Below, in pieces: positions 18,061-26,155 of a DNA stretch of 39,688 nucleotides (position 1 is its first letter; every line of letters begins with the position of its first letter). The notes under the pieces are model-generated. The model worked only from the letters and a program-made list of their open reading frames with translations, ran no database searches and had not been told where the DNA came from. This DNA comes from a virus (lineage: Duplodnaviria; Caudoviricetes). The stretch covers positions 1-39,688 of IMG/VR virus record IMGVR_UViG_3300049167_000219, one strand, 5' to 3'. The translations under genes and the position numbers were made by a program.

Positions 18061-19455
18061 TCAGCCCAAATTGGCGAGGGTGTATGTCGAGGCGTCGAGC
18101 AAGGCGTTGAAGGCCCGGCTCGTGCTGTCGGCATCGTCGTCGTGCTTGGCCTCGGGGAAGCCCTCCAACGCCGAGAACCAGCGCTCATTCCAGGGGGCCC
18201 GCAGGATCAGGACGTTGCCAGCCTCTGCCTGGGCGGAGAACGGGCTGAAGCGCGTGACCTTGTCGCCCGATTCCGGAGAGGCCCTAACGACGAAGCCGGC
18301 GAGCATCTTGGTCAGGCTCTGAACCTGGGACTTGCCGGCTTGGCCGGGGTCCTGCGGCAGCGAGATATGCACGCCAGTGCCATCTGCTGTGGCCGTATTC
18401 TTGATCAGCGTCTCGACGCCTGAAGGCGACAGGTGATCGGACGCGTGGTGAGCGACGATGTACCGGCCGTCCGAGAGCTTGCCGATCTTCGTGCCCGCGG
18501 TCGCGTCGGGATCGGTCCCTTCGGCCTTCGGCGTGGCGCCAAGGTCCCAACCGCGCATCCACCGCACCACGTTGGACGGTACGACATCAACGACAGGGCA
18601 CCAGCCCCGTTGGAACAGCAGCCCGGCGGCGGGCCGGATCTTCCAGTTGCCGCCGAGAAGCCGTTCCCGCTCAACCGTCGGCTGCGCCATCAGGTTGGCG
18701 AGATAGCCCGGGTCCGCCGCCATCAGCAAAGCGTTGTCGCTGAGCTTGGCGGGGATGAACGTCACCGATTTGGGCGGGATAGGCTCGCCGGTCAGCGGGT
18801 TGGTGTGGTGCGCCAGTTCCTCAGGGCTGTTTGCCCAGATGATGGTGTCGCCGATGCGGATGAACCAGCGAAGCACGCCGGCCCGTTCCGCTATGGCAAA
18901 GCCGGTATCCTGATCGATCCACCAGGATATGAACTCTGCGACCCAGCTATCCGCATCAGGATTGCAGGTCGCGCGAACATAGGGCCGAACTCCGCACATC
19001 GAGCGGTTTCGGCTGAGCATGTACCAGAACTGCTTGGCACTGAAATGGGTCAGCTCGTCGAAACAGATCAGAGGGATCTGTGATCCCTGCCAGTTATAGA
19101 TCGTCTTGTCGTGCTCGAGGTGGGCGAACGCCACCCCTGCCCCCGAGGGGAATGTCCAGCTCAAATCGGGGGCCGATCGCGGCGCCGCGCTGAGATGGGG
19201 ATAGAGCTTTTCGCTCTCATCCCAGAGACCGCCTTCGTTCCTCACCTGAGTAAGGTTGCGGCGGAAGAACACCGCGCCGAAGTCGGGATTGCTGACGTGG
19301 CGCAAGGGCTCCATTAGGAGCGCCCAGGTCTTTCCGCCACCGGCCGCGCCGCCATAGATGGCAATGTCGGCTGGCGAACTGAGGAAGGTCGTTTGAGGCC
19401 CCGGCTGCGGGCGGATGACTGTCTGGGCTACCGCGCCCTTCTCAGGTCCTGCCAT
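18061..19455 (-). CDS. terL: Terminase large subunit
   Basis: Walker A GGAAGGGKT, Walker B ICFDE, ATCNP, nuclease WDLG and HDDDAD. Confidence 0.95.
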   Translation of the reverse strand: MAGPEKGAVAQTVIRPQPGPQTTFLSSPADIAIYGGAAGGGKTWALLMEPLRHVSNPDFGAVFFRRNLTQVRNEGGLWDESEKLYPHLSAAPRSAPDLSWTFPSGAGVAFAHLEHDKTIYNWQGSQIPLICFDELTHFSAKQFWYMLSRNRSMCGVRPYVRATCNPDADSWVAEFISWWIDQDTGFAIAERAGVLRWFIRIGDTIIWANSPEELAHHTNPLTGEPIPPKSVTFIPAKLSDNALLMAADPGYLANLMAQPTVERERLLGGNWKIRPAAGLLFQRGWCPVVDVVPSNVVRWMRGWDLGATPKAEGTDPDATAGTKIGKLSDGRYIVAHHASDHLSPSGVETLIKNTATADGTGVHISLPQDPGQAGKSQVQSLTKMLAGFVVRASPESGDKVTRFSPFSAQAEAGNVLILRAPWNERWFSALEGFPEAKHDDDADSTSRAFNALLDASTYTLANLG

Positions 19456-19993
19456 TGTCGGGCAACTGGAAGATCGTCACCGGTGAAACGGGCACCGGCA
19501 AGTCCTTTCCGTCCTTCCCTGTCAGTTCGACCTTTTCCTTGAACATGCCCAGGTGCTTCCCGAGCTTCTCCAGGGCGCCGAGCTTGTCGTAGAGCTTGAA
19601 CTTGATCCGACGGACATCACGGGCGTCGTCGCCCCTGCCTTCCTTGAAGTCCTCGACCGTCACCTCTGACAGAGCGGCTTTCTGCTCATCGGTCAGTTGG
19701 TCGTAGACGAAGAACGGGTCGCCGCCGGTCGTGGCCCGGAGGTAGTCGCCCATGTTGGCGAAGCCAACCTTAGCGAGCTCATCGACGATCCGCTGCACGG
19801 TGACCCCGGCCTTGGCCGCGCCCTGACTCAGTAGCTCCTCGACGCGGGCTCGAACCTTCTCATTCCCGCTCAGACGCGAGGCATTGCTATCGCTTTTTGA
19901 GTATCCGGCTTCCACATAAGCTGCTGAAGCGCTCGACCCTTGAGCAAGGGATTGTGCGAACCGCTCATGCTTTGGATTTGAAAGGACCGGCAC
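19442..19993 (-). CDS. terS: Terminase small subunit
   Basis: KHERFAQ..AYVEAGY HTH; DKLGALEKLGKHLGMF motif. Confidence 0.92.
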   Translation of the reverse strand: MPVLSNPKHERFAQSLAQGSSASAAYVEAGYSKSDSNASRLSGNEKVRARVEELLSQGAAKAGVTVQRIVDELAKVGFANMGDYLRATTGGDPFFVYDQLTDEQKAALSEVTVEDFKEGRGDDARDVRRIKFKLYDKLGALEKLGKHLGMFKEKVELTGKDGKDLPVPVSPVTIFQLPDNGRT

Positions 19994-20031
19994 CTACTCT
20001 ACTCGCGATAGGTTTGTGGGAGGATCGGAAT

Positions 20032-20199
20032 ATGACCGACAAGCCACGACAAGAATTGGAGCGGCGCCTTCTGGATGCGCGGCGCTTACAGATGGTCCAC
20101 TACCTTGCTGACCGGCATGCCGAAGGCGACAAGTTGAAGCCGCTTATCGAACAGCTGGAGAGCCACTTCCGGTCAAAGGGCTGGAAGCTGCCCAAGTGA
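20032..20199 (+). CDS. Small hypothetical protein, 55 aa
   Basis: GGGAGG RBS then ATG 20032. Confidence 0.6.
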   Translation: MTDKPRQELERRLLDARRLQMVHYLADRHAEGDKLKPLIEQLESHFRSKGWKLPK

Positions 20200-20228
20200 C
20201 TGCGCAGGTGAACAACTGCCCCCGGCGC

Positions 20229-20254
20229 GGAACTGTGCTCGATTGCCTCGCGTT
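20229..20254 (+). promoter_or_regulatory. EcfG/SigT-type general-stress promoter
   Basis: GGAAC-N17-CGTT about 50 nt upstream of ORF 20308. Confidence 0.6.
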
Positions 20255-20307
20255 CGAACCTGGACAACGATGATGTCGATCTGCTTCAGGCCAAGGGCGA
20301 ATAGGCA

Positions 20308-20589
20308 ATGATCACTGTTCGGATCGTCGGGAACGTAGCAATACCAGGCGCGGAACTCGAAGCGGCGCGACAGGCTGCGCTGGAGAGCTTGAGGTCGGAG
20401 GGCATCACGACACTCGGAGACCTCACTGTTGCTCGCAACAGGTTTGTTGCTGCTCAGCATTGGGCGAGGTCTCACCCAGTCGAGGGCACAGCTCCCTGCG
20501 CCTGGACACGCGCACATGCCGCCGCAGCCGAGGCGCTCTCGACCTCCCCTGACGACATCGATCTTACGCTGAGCCTGCGCCATGCCTAA
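20308..20589 (+). CDS. Hypothetical protein
   Basis: 93 aa, overlaps the next ORF. Confidence 0.6.
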   Translation: MITVRIVGNVAIPGAELEAARQAALESLRSEGITTLGDLTVARNRFVAAQHWARSHPVEGTAPCAWTRAHAAAAEALSTSPDDIDLTLSLRHA

Positions 20590-20803
20590 TGAACGCATCG
20601 ATATCGCCGTTGAAGCGGCGGCCAAGGCTCTTCATGAGCAATCCCGCAACAAGCGGCAGTTCACATGGGAGGCATCGAGCGTTGAATGGCGGGCGGATAT
20701 GCGGAACTTCGTTCGCCCTCTCGTCGAGGCGGCGATCGAGGCATCGGACGAGTACATGGCCCTAGCGCTTCGCAAGCGGATCATCCCAACCGATAACCGG
20801 TGA
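20582..20803 (+). CDS. Hypothetical protein
   Basis: 73 aa helical, coupled to the upstream ORF. Confidence 0.6.
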   Translation: MPNERIDIAVEAAAKALHEQSRNKRQFTWEASSVEWRADMRNFVRPLVEAAIEASDEYMALALRKRIIPTDNR

Positions 20804-20885
20804 AGTGGTCCCACGTTTAGGTGATGCGTTCGGATAAGCTGCTTGAGAATGGTCTTTTACCGAGCTTGCACCGAAGGGGATCGCC

Positions 20886-21194
20886 ATGACGAAACGAGAC
20901 GACTTGCAGGACCAAGCCTTGGGCTGGGCCACATCTATGAGCATGCACACCTTGGGCACGAATGCCCGGCAGGCGGTGGAGCTTGCGGAGCACAAGAAGC
21001 ACATCCAGGCGCTGTGGCGGCATATCGAGCGGCTTGAGAAATTTATCAAGCCGACGTCCGAAGGCCTCATGATCAAAGTGGATCGGTCCGAAATTCTCAT
21101 CATGAAGAACGGTGCGATCCTGCTCGACGGCAGGATAATCACCCTCAAGGTACCTAACCGAATGAAGATGATGACCAGCAGCGGCGATCTGTAA
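20886..21194 (+). CDS. Hypothetical protein (coiled coil plus beta-strand repeats)
   Basis: AAGGGG RBS; 102 aa. Confidence 0.65.
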   Translation: MTKRDDLQDQALGWATSMSMHTLGTNARQAVELAEHKKHIQALWRHIERLEKFIKPTSEGLMIKVDRSEILIMKNGAILLDGRIITLKVPNRMKMMTSSGDL

Positions 21195-21355
21195 GGCGCA
21201 GCAAAAAGCCGGGTCGCGGGATCGCGCCGATCGTCCGAGCCCTCGACTGTCCGGCTGGCAGAACCCGCCCAAAGAAAAAACCGCCGGTGAGGCAAGCTGA
21301 AGCAGGCCATGTCATACGTTATTGCGGCGATCCGCCGTGCGGGGTGATGTGGCCC

Positions 21356-21559
21356 ATGACCACCTTCAACCCCGTGCTCGCCAACTCGCTACGGACCAGC
21401 TTTCGGGAACTCCATACTGTCGCCGACGACGGACTGGCCGCGCTCGGGCCCGACGAGAATACGGCTTCCGTCGATCTGGAGGGCCTGCGACGTGCGAACG
21501 AGAAGCTGCGGCAGCTTGTGACTTTAATCCTCGCCGCTCAAGACCAGGAAGAGCGCTGA
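21356..21559 (+). CDS. Hypothetical protein
   Basis: 67 aa helical, start re-called at MTTFNP. Confidence 0.5.
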   Translation: MTTFNPVLANSLRTSFRELHTVADDGLAALGPDENTASVDLEGLRRANEKLRQLVTLILAAQDQEER

Positions 21560-21571
21560 AGCGCCTGTGGT

Positions 21572-21760
21572 CTAGCGTCCGCCGGCATGGCGCTTTAATT
21601 CTTCCAACGTAATCTGGCGATCGCCGTGGTAGACCCAGAGAGCGCTGACCTGTCCGGTAGCCTGCATCTCGCGACAGATCCGCAGGGCTTCCGCGGCGCT
21701 GCCGAGGCCTTGGAAGCGGACGTCTTTTCCAGCAACGGTTCCTGATATCGAATACGTCAC
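21572..21760 (-). CDS. Hypothetical protein
   Basis: 62 aa with protein-like composition; GTG start. Confidence 0.55.
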   Translation of the reverse strand: MTYSISGTVAGKDVRFQGLGSAAEALRICREMQATGQVSALWVYHGDRQITLEELKRHAGGR

Positions 21761-21810
21761 GACACATCACCAAGCGACATGCGCGCCGACTAAAGCGCGG
21801 TTCAGCCAAA

Positions 21811-22074
21811 TCACTTCAGCTGACTATCCTTGCTTCCACGGCGATTGATCCCGCCGAGAACAAGTCGACGGTCGAGCCCGGATTGGCAATCGACGCAGGT
21901 ACGAGCGCCGCGCATCGCCTTGCGCCGTGCTTCCGGGATTTCGTCACCACAGACCTGGCAATAGACCTCGCCCGGGCCAGAAGGCAGGTTGGCGCGCGCG
22001 TGCCTCACCGCATCCGTGACCGAGGCGTCGATCTGATCTTGAACCGCCCCGTCCGGGGCCCAGCCGCTTGCCAT
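21811..22074 (-). CDS. ybiI: DksA/TraR-family C4 zinc finger protein (YbiI-like)
   Basis: MASGWA.DGAVQDQID, CxxC...CxxC, NRRGSKDSQL signature. Confidence 0.92.
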   Translation of the reverse strand: MASGWAPDGAVQDQIDASVTDAVRHARANLPSGPGEVYCQVCGDEIPEARRKAMRGARTCVDCQSGLDRRLVLGGINRRGSKDSQLK

Positions 22075-22145
22075 GACACTACCCTCTTGTCGAACCCATA
22101 AAATGGGTATCCGAAGGCAATGGTTCCACCCTACCTCGCAGCTGC

Positions 22146-22174
22146 CAAAAGCCCGATCACACGGACCGGGCTTC
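22146..22174 (-). terminator. Intrinsic terminator after pfpI (repeat copy 2)
   Basis: AAGCCCGGTC-loop-GATCGGGCTTTT. Confidence 0.8.
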
Positions 22175-22200
22175 GGCTCGCATTGAGGCAGAAAAGGTGG

Positions 22201-22761
22201 TCAGGCGGCCTGACGGTTGTGCAGGCCTTCCTGCACTTCCTCAATAATTTTCGCGGCAAATGCCGGCAGGTCAGCCGGCTTGCGCGAGGTCACGACACCA
22301 TTGTCCGCAACGACCTCGGAGTCCTGCCACTCGGCGCCAGCGTTGATGAGATCCTGCTTGATCGTCTTAAAGGACGTTAGCTTGCGCCCTTTGGCGATGC
22401 CGGTGTCGATCAGCAACCACGGGGCATGGCAGACAGCCGCCACAACCTTGCCCTGGCGGTAAAACTCCTTGATCAACGCGAGCGCCTTGTCGTTGCCGCG
22501 AAGCGTATCAGGGTTCATCTGGCCGCCGGGGAGAACGATCGCGTCGTAGGCGGACGCATCGACACCATCGAGCGCCTTGTCGACTTTGACCGCGCGTCCC
22601 CAATCCTTTTCATCCCAGCCCGTAATCTCGCCGTCTTCCGGCGAAGCGACATGAACGGTCGCGCCTGCCTCTTTCAGCTTTGCCTGCGGCACCTCGAGCT
22701 CAGACTGCTCGAAGCCGTTGGTTGCGAGAATGAGAATGCTCTTGCCTGTAAGGGCGCTCAT
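22201..22761 (-). CDS. PfpI/YhbO (DJ-1 family) general stress protein
   Basis: GFEQSEL, YDAIVLPGG, AVCHAPW nucleophile Cys, TSRKPADL. Confidence 0.93.
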   Translation of the reverse strand: MSALTGKSILILATNGFEQSELEVPQAKLKEAGATVHVASPEDGEITGWDEKDWGRAVKVDKALDGVDASAYDAIVLPGGQMNPDTLRGNDKALALIKEFYRQGKVVAAVCHAPWLLIDTGIAKGRKLTSFKTIKQDLINAGAEWQDSEVVADNGVVTSRKPADLPAFAAKIIEEVQEGLHNRQAA

Positions 22762-22790
22762 GGGAACTCTCCTGTTGAGGGTGCCCTTTC

Positions 22791-22815
22791 AACAGGAGAG
22801 GTGGCGATGCGTTCC
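22791..22815 (-). promoter_or_regulatory. EcfG/SigT-type promoter of pfpI
   Basis: GGAAC-N17-GTT about 30 nt upstream of the ATG. Confidence 0.65.
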
Positions 22816-22866
22816 CGCAATTAGCGCGAAAATGCCGGCGGCGCGCCTTCTCATCGTGCAGTCCAG

Positions 22867-22896
22867 CAAAAAGCCCGATCACGAGGACCGGGCTTC
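22867..22896 (-). terminator. Intrinsic terminator ending the leader after nusG (repeat copy 1)
   Basis: AAGCCCGGTC-loop-GATCGGGCTTTTT. Confidence 0.8.
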
Positions 22897-23050
22897 AGCG
22901 CCTGACAGCGGCGGTACATCCGCGCTCGCTGTCGGGAAGAGGATTTTTGAGACAAGCCGCCACCTGGTTGCCGGAGCAACGCGGGGGACGGGTAGCTTCG
23001 ACCGGACAAGCCGGGAGCAGGCCTTCGAACAAACCGTGAATCGACGTGTA

Positions 23051-23692
23051 CTATGCGGCGTCGAGTTGTGCAACATCCATTCTGGCGCGCGTCATCCGCC
23101 CGAAGATGTCGATGAGCACGTCGGCCTCTTCCATCCCGATCGCTTCGATGACGGTGGCTTGGAAGGATGCGAAGGGCCCCTCGATCACGCGCATCTGCTC
23201 GCCGGGCTGAAGGATCTTCCGCACCTTAGGCGGCGCGACCGGCTTGGACTGGTAGCGCGCGATCTCCGCGATGGCTGACGTCGGCACGCGAACGCCTCCG
23301 CGGCTGCTGCCGATGACGTCCACCACCCCGTCTATGTCGCCGAAGAACCGGACGGGCCTGCCCTTCACGATGAACCTGACGCGCTCGGCTTCTGGGTCCG
23401 CCGACAGCAAGGGCCCGCTGGCGAAGAGGTACCGGGGGAATATGCCGACGTCGAGCTCGATCGGTTTCCGCTTCCTGATGGTGATGACACGGTGAATGCT
23501 CGGCCAGAAGGTCGCGCAGCCCGCGGCTTCAAGCCCCTCGATCGCCTTCGCCTCCATGCGTGGCGCCGTGTAGACGAGATACCACTTCGCCTCCTTACGG
23601 AGATCGAGATCAGCCGGAGGCGGATTCAACGTCTCGACGATGCGCGGTATCTCGGGCGAGATGCGAAGACGGCGGTTGCTCTTCTTGCCCAT
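23051..23692 (-). CDS. NusG/RfaH-family antiterminator
   Basis: NGN WYLVYT..FPRYLF and KOW RVIEGPFASF, IDIFGR; occupies the lambda Q position. Confidence 0.9.
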   Translation of the reverse strand: MGKKSNRRLRISPEIPRIVETLNPPPADLDLRKEAKWYLVYTAPRMEAKAIEGLEAAGCATFWPSIHRVITIRKRKPIELDVGIFPRYLFASGPLLSADPEAERVRFIVKGRPVRFFGDIDGVVDVIGSSRGGVRVPTSAIAEIARYQSKPVAPPKVRKILQPGEQMRVIEGPFASFQATVIEAIGMEEADVLIDIFGRMTRARMDVAQLDAA

Positions 23693-24054
23693 CAGGCCAC
23701 CTCGTCTTTGCGATCGATGATGTCGCTCAATGTCTGAAAGGGGTGAGCCTCGCGCTGGTGACGCCCCTTGATCAACATGAGGGAAGGTCCGAATTCATCG
23801 AGAGCGCGGGCAGCCGCAGCTTTGTAATCCGCCTTGCATTCCTGCTTGGCCGGCAAGCCAGGGAACTGACTGAGCGCTGCCACGCCGAGCGCTGCGCGGG
23901 TCGCTGGGTCCGCGAACTCGTGCGTCCAAACAGGGTGCCCAAGCAGGAATTCCGAGCACTCGTGGATCTCGCTGATCTTCATGCCTTCCGCCATCACGAT
24001 GCCGGTGGCCGCGCTGACGACCACCAGCGTGGGGAATGTTTTCGTGCAGGTCAT
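23692..24054 (-). CDS. Hypothetical phage protein
   Basis: Start re-called at MTCTKTF; FLLGHPVWTHE; coupled junctions. Confidence 0.65.
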   Translation of the reverse strand: MTCTKTFPTLVVVSAATGIVMAEGMKISEIHECSEFLLGHPVWTHEFADPATRAALGVAALSQFPGLPAKQECKADYKAAAARALDEFGPSLMLIKGRHQREAHPFQTLSDIIDRKDEVA

Positions 24055-24269
24055 CAGGCGTGTTCCTTCGTGAGCATTGCTTCGAGCTCGGCGCGATACG
24101 GCTGCCAGATGTCCATCTTGAGCATGGCGCGGGTGTTGTGCTGGTGCGCCTCGGCGCGATCGGGCCCGATGTAGAGCGTCGTCCAATCACGATCGCCGGC
24201 GTACCGGACACTGACGGCATGGTCGCCGCTGTTGAAGGATTCCAGCAGGCATTCGGTGACCCTCCTCAT
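24054..24269 (-). CDS. Hypothetical phage protein
   Basis: Start re-called at MRRVTE; ATGA coupling. Confidence 0.55.
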   Translation of the reverse strand: MRRVTECLLESFNSGDHAVSVRYAGDRDWTTLYIGPDRAEAHQHNTRAMLKMDIWQPYRAELEAMLTKEHA

Positions 24270-24622
24270 GCTGCTTCCTCGATCTTCGGGGGCGCCGGAA
24301 TCGGCTGCCAATGGGTTGCGTCGATATCTCGCGCGATAAGGAGGTTGTTGCGGTCGTCTTCGCTGAACCAGCCGCCGTCCGACCGCTTGCATTGAGATCC
24401 GTCGTGATAGAAGCCCGCGCCGCTCCATCCGCCGCGCCGGTCAGCGACACCCAGGATGATCTCCGAGCCGTCCTTCGGGGCCGTCTCAATCGGCCGCCAA
24501 CCGCTGATGGCGTCGATCGCAGCTTTGGCATCACGCCTGAACCCATCCCAGTTTATCTCGCAGCCAGGAGGCAGGTTGCGGCTGGCGATGATCGCATCCG
24601 CTACGCGTTGGATCTCGCTCAT
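24266..24622 (-). CDS. DUF551-like phage protein
   Basis: WRPIETAPKDG...THWQPIPAPP motif. Confidence 0.75.
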   Translation of the reverse strand: MSEIQRVADAIIASRNLPPGCEINWDGFRRDAKAAIDAISGWRPIETAPKDGSEIILGVADRRGGWSGAGFYHDGSQCKRSDGGWFSEDDRNNLLIARDIDATHWQPIPAPPKIEEAA

Positions 24623-25488
24623 GCTGCACGTTCCGTCTTGGCGGAGGCCGGGAACAGCCAGCCTTCGCCGCCATGCTCCGGGTAGCTGGAGATCAGGCCC
24701 GGCTTGTGCCCGGCCGCGACACGGGCATGCCACTCGGCCGAGCCAGCCTTGACGAATACCTTCGGCGCGGCAGACGGGGCGGTTGAAGGCGCGCGCCGAA
24801 CCATCGCCTCAAGGATCGAGGGGACGTACCACTTCCACGATTTTACGCCGTGCGCCGCAGCTTTTCGCGCTCGGATTACTGGCAGAATGTCTAGTTCTAG
24901 ATCGGCTTTTCGATGCAGAAGCTCTTCAATCGGGGCGAACTTGCCGAGATGGGAAGTGCCAGCGGCTTCCTGGCATCGTCGTTCTGCGTCGATCATGTCG
25001 ACAGCAGGCGCGCCGGCCGAAGATGCCGCGCTAGCGGTATCTTCGTTTTCTCCTACCCCTTCCCTCCCTCCTCCATCCTCCCTCTGCGCGGACTTTTCCC
25101 CATCGGTCCCGGCCTGGTGGGGAACTGGTTCGGGATTGCGGTGGTCTGAGCAGGCGTATTTTCCTAGGTCGTTCGGGAGCTTGCCGGAACTGTTGGGCTT
25201 TTTGGGCCGCTGGTACTTCTGGAAATTGCGGATCACGCCATAGGCTTTGCCGTCAGCATCGAATTGCCGGACGAAATCCAGGCCGGCCAGCTCGCCGAGC
25301 AGGTCGCTCACGCTGATGACGTCAGCTGGAAATAGTCGAGCCTTGAGGGTCAGCGGCTTCCATTCGAAGACACCGTCGTCCCAAGCCTCGCACCAGACCC
25401 CAATGATCAGCAGGCGCGCATGAGCGCTCGCGGTCATGAAGGCTTCGTCGGTGAACAGGCCGGGATGGATTGAGCGGATGCGAGCCAT
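24619..25488 (-). CDS. Phage replication initiator
   Basis: MARIRSIHPGLFTDE..ARLL, DDG.FEW, NFQKYQRP N-terminal domain. Confidence 0.8.
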   Translation of the reverse strand: MARIRSIHPGLFTDEAFMTASAHARLLIIGVWCEAWDDGVFEWKPLTLKARLFPADVISVSDLLGELAGLDFVRQFDADGKAYGVIRNFQKYQRPKKPNSSGKLPNDLGKYACSDHRNPEPVPHQAGTDGEKSAQREDGGGREGVGENEDTASAASSAGAPAVDMIDAERRCQEAAGTSHLGKFAPIEELLHRKADLELDILPVIRARKAAAHGVKSWKWYVPSILEAMVRRAPSTAPSAAPKVFVKAGSAEWHARVAAGHKPGLISSYPEHGGEGWLFPASAKTERAA

Positions 25489-25973
25489 CAGTCGCGTCTC
25501 CACGAGGCGGCAGCGACCCATTCAATGATGGTGCTGACGCAGCTGATCGGGTCGTTGAATATCTCGGAGCCGGTGAAGCGGTAGATCGTGTACCCGAGCT
25601 CCTGAAGTCGCCGGTCGCGAGACCGATCCTTCTTGGCCTGGTCCTTCGTCCGCTCATGGAAATCATGCCCGTCGCATTCAATGACGAGGTGATGGTACTT
25701 CCCAGTCCGGCTGTTCTGCACGCTGACCATGAAGTCGACGCGGAATTTCTCGACCTTGGCTTGGACCGACAGCCCGACCTCGCCGACAGCCGGGGCTCGG
25801 TTCGACGCGACTGGATAGTCTCGATCTGCGAAAAGGACGGTGAGGAGCGCGCTCCAAAGCAGCTTCTCAATCGGTGACCCGAGCGGTGGACTGTCTTCCG
25901 AGCAAAGCTGGTTCACCTCTGCGAGCGCCCGATCATAGGCGTACAGGGCAATTTTCTCTTGAGGACTTCTCAC
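25488..25973 (-). CDS. DUF559/Vsr-like endonuclease
   Basis: SPIE, RVDF, IECDGHDFH, DRSRDR, RFTGSEI motifs. Confidence 0.85.
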   Translation of the reverse strand: MRSPQEKIALYAYDRALAEVNQLCSEDSPPLGSPIEKLLWSALLTVLFADRDYPVASNRAPAVGEVGLSVQAKVEKFRVDFMVSVQNSRTGKYHHLVIECDGHDFHERTKDQAKKDRSRDRRLQELGYTIYRFTGSEIFNDPISCVSTIIEWVAAASWRRD

Positions 25974-26155
25974 CGCAGCACCTCGACGTTCGCCACCGGC
26001 ACGATGGTGATGATCCCGCCTACCTTGATGGAGACGCGCTCAGGCGCAGTCGGGCCCGCGGCATAGTGGTTGATCACCTCTGCCTCGCAGCGGATCTTGA
26101 TGCGCTTGCCCATGAGGGGATGGCGCTCGGGTTGCTTTTCGAGGGGGCGGGTCAT
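25970..26155 (-). CDS. Hypothetical protein
   Basis: 61 aa, coupled on both sides. Confidence 0.55.
   Translation of the reverse strand: MTRPLEKQPERHPLMGKRIKIRCEAEVINHYAAGPTAPERVSIKVGGIITIVPVANVEVLR

Noticed and set aside
237-19083. Long plus-strand ORFs such as 8607-9956, 12487-13893, 15611-16912 and 17443-18423
   Set aside because: Antisense shadows of high-GC structural genes with no recognisable motifs
21199-22896. CRISPR array or integron attC interpretation of the repeats
   Set aside because: Only 2-3 copies at gene-length spacing, terminator-shaped, no cas genes, no attC core ends or integron-type integrase recognised
25045-25090. Replication origin iterons in the initiator gene
   Set aside because: Only a purine-skewed tract is visible; no clear iterated repeats
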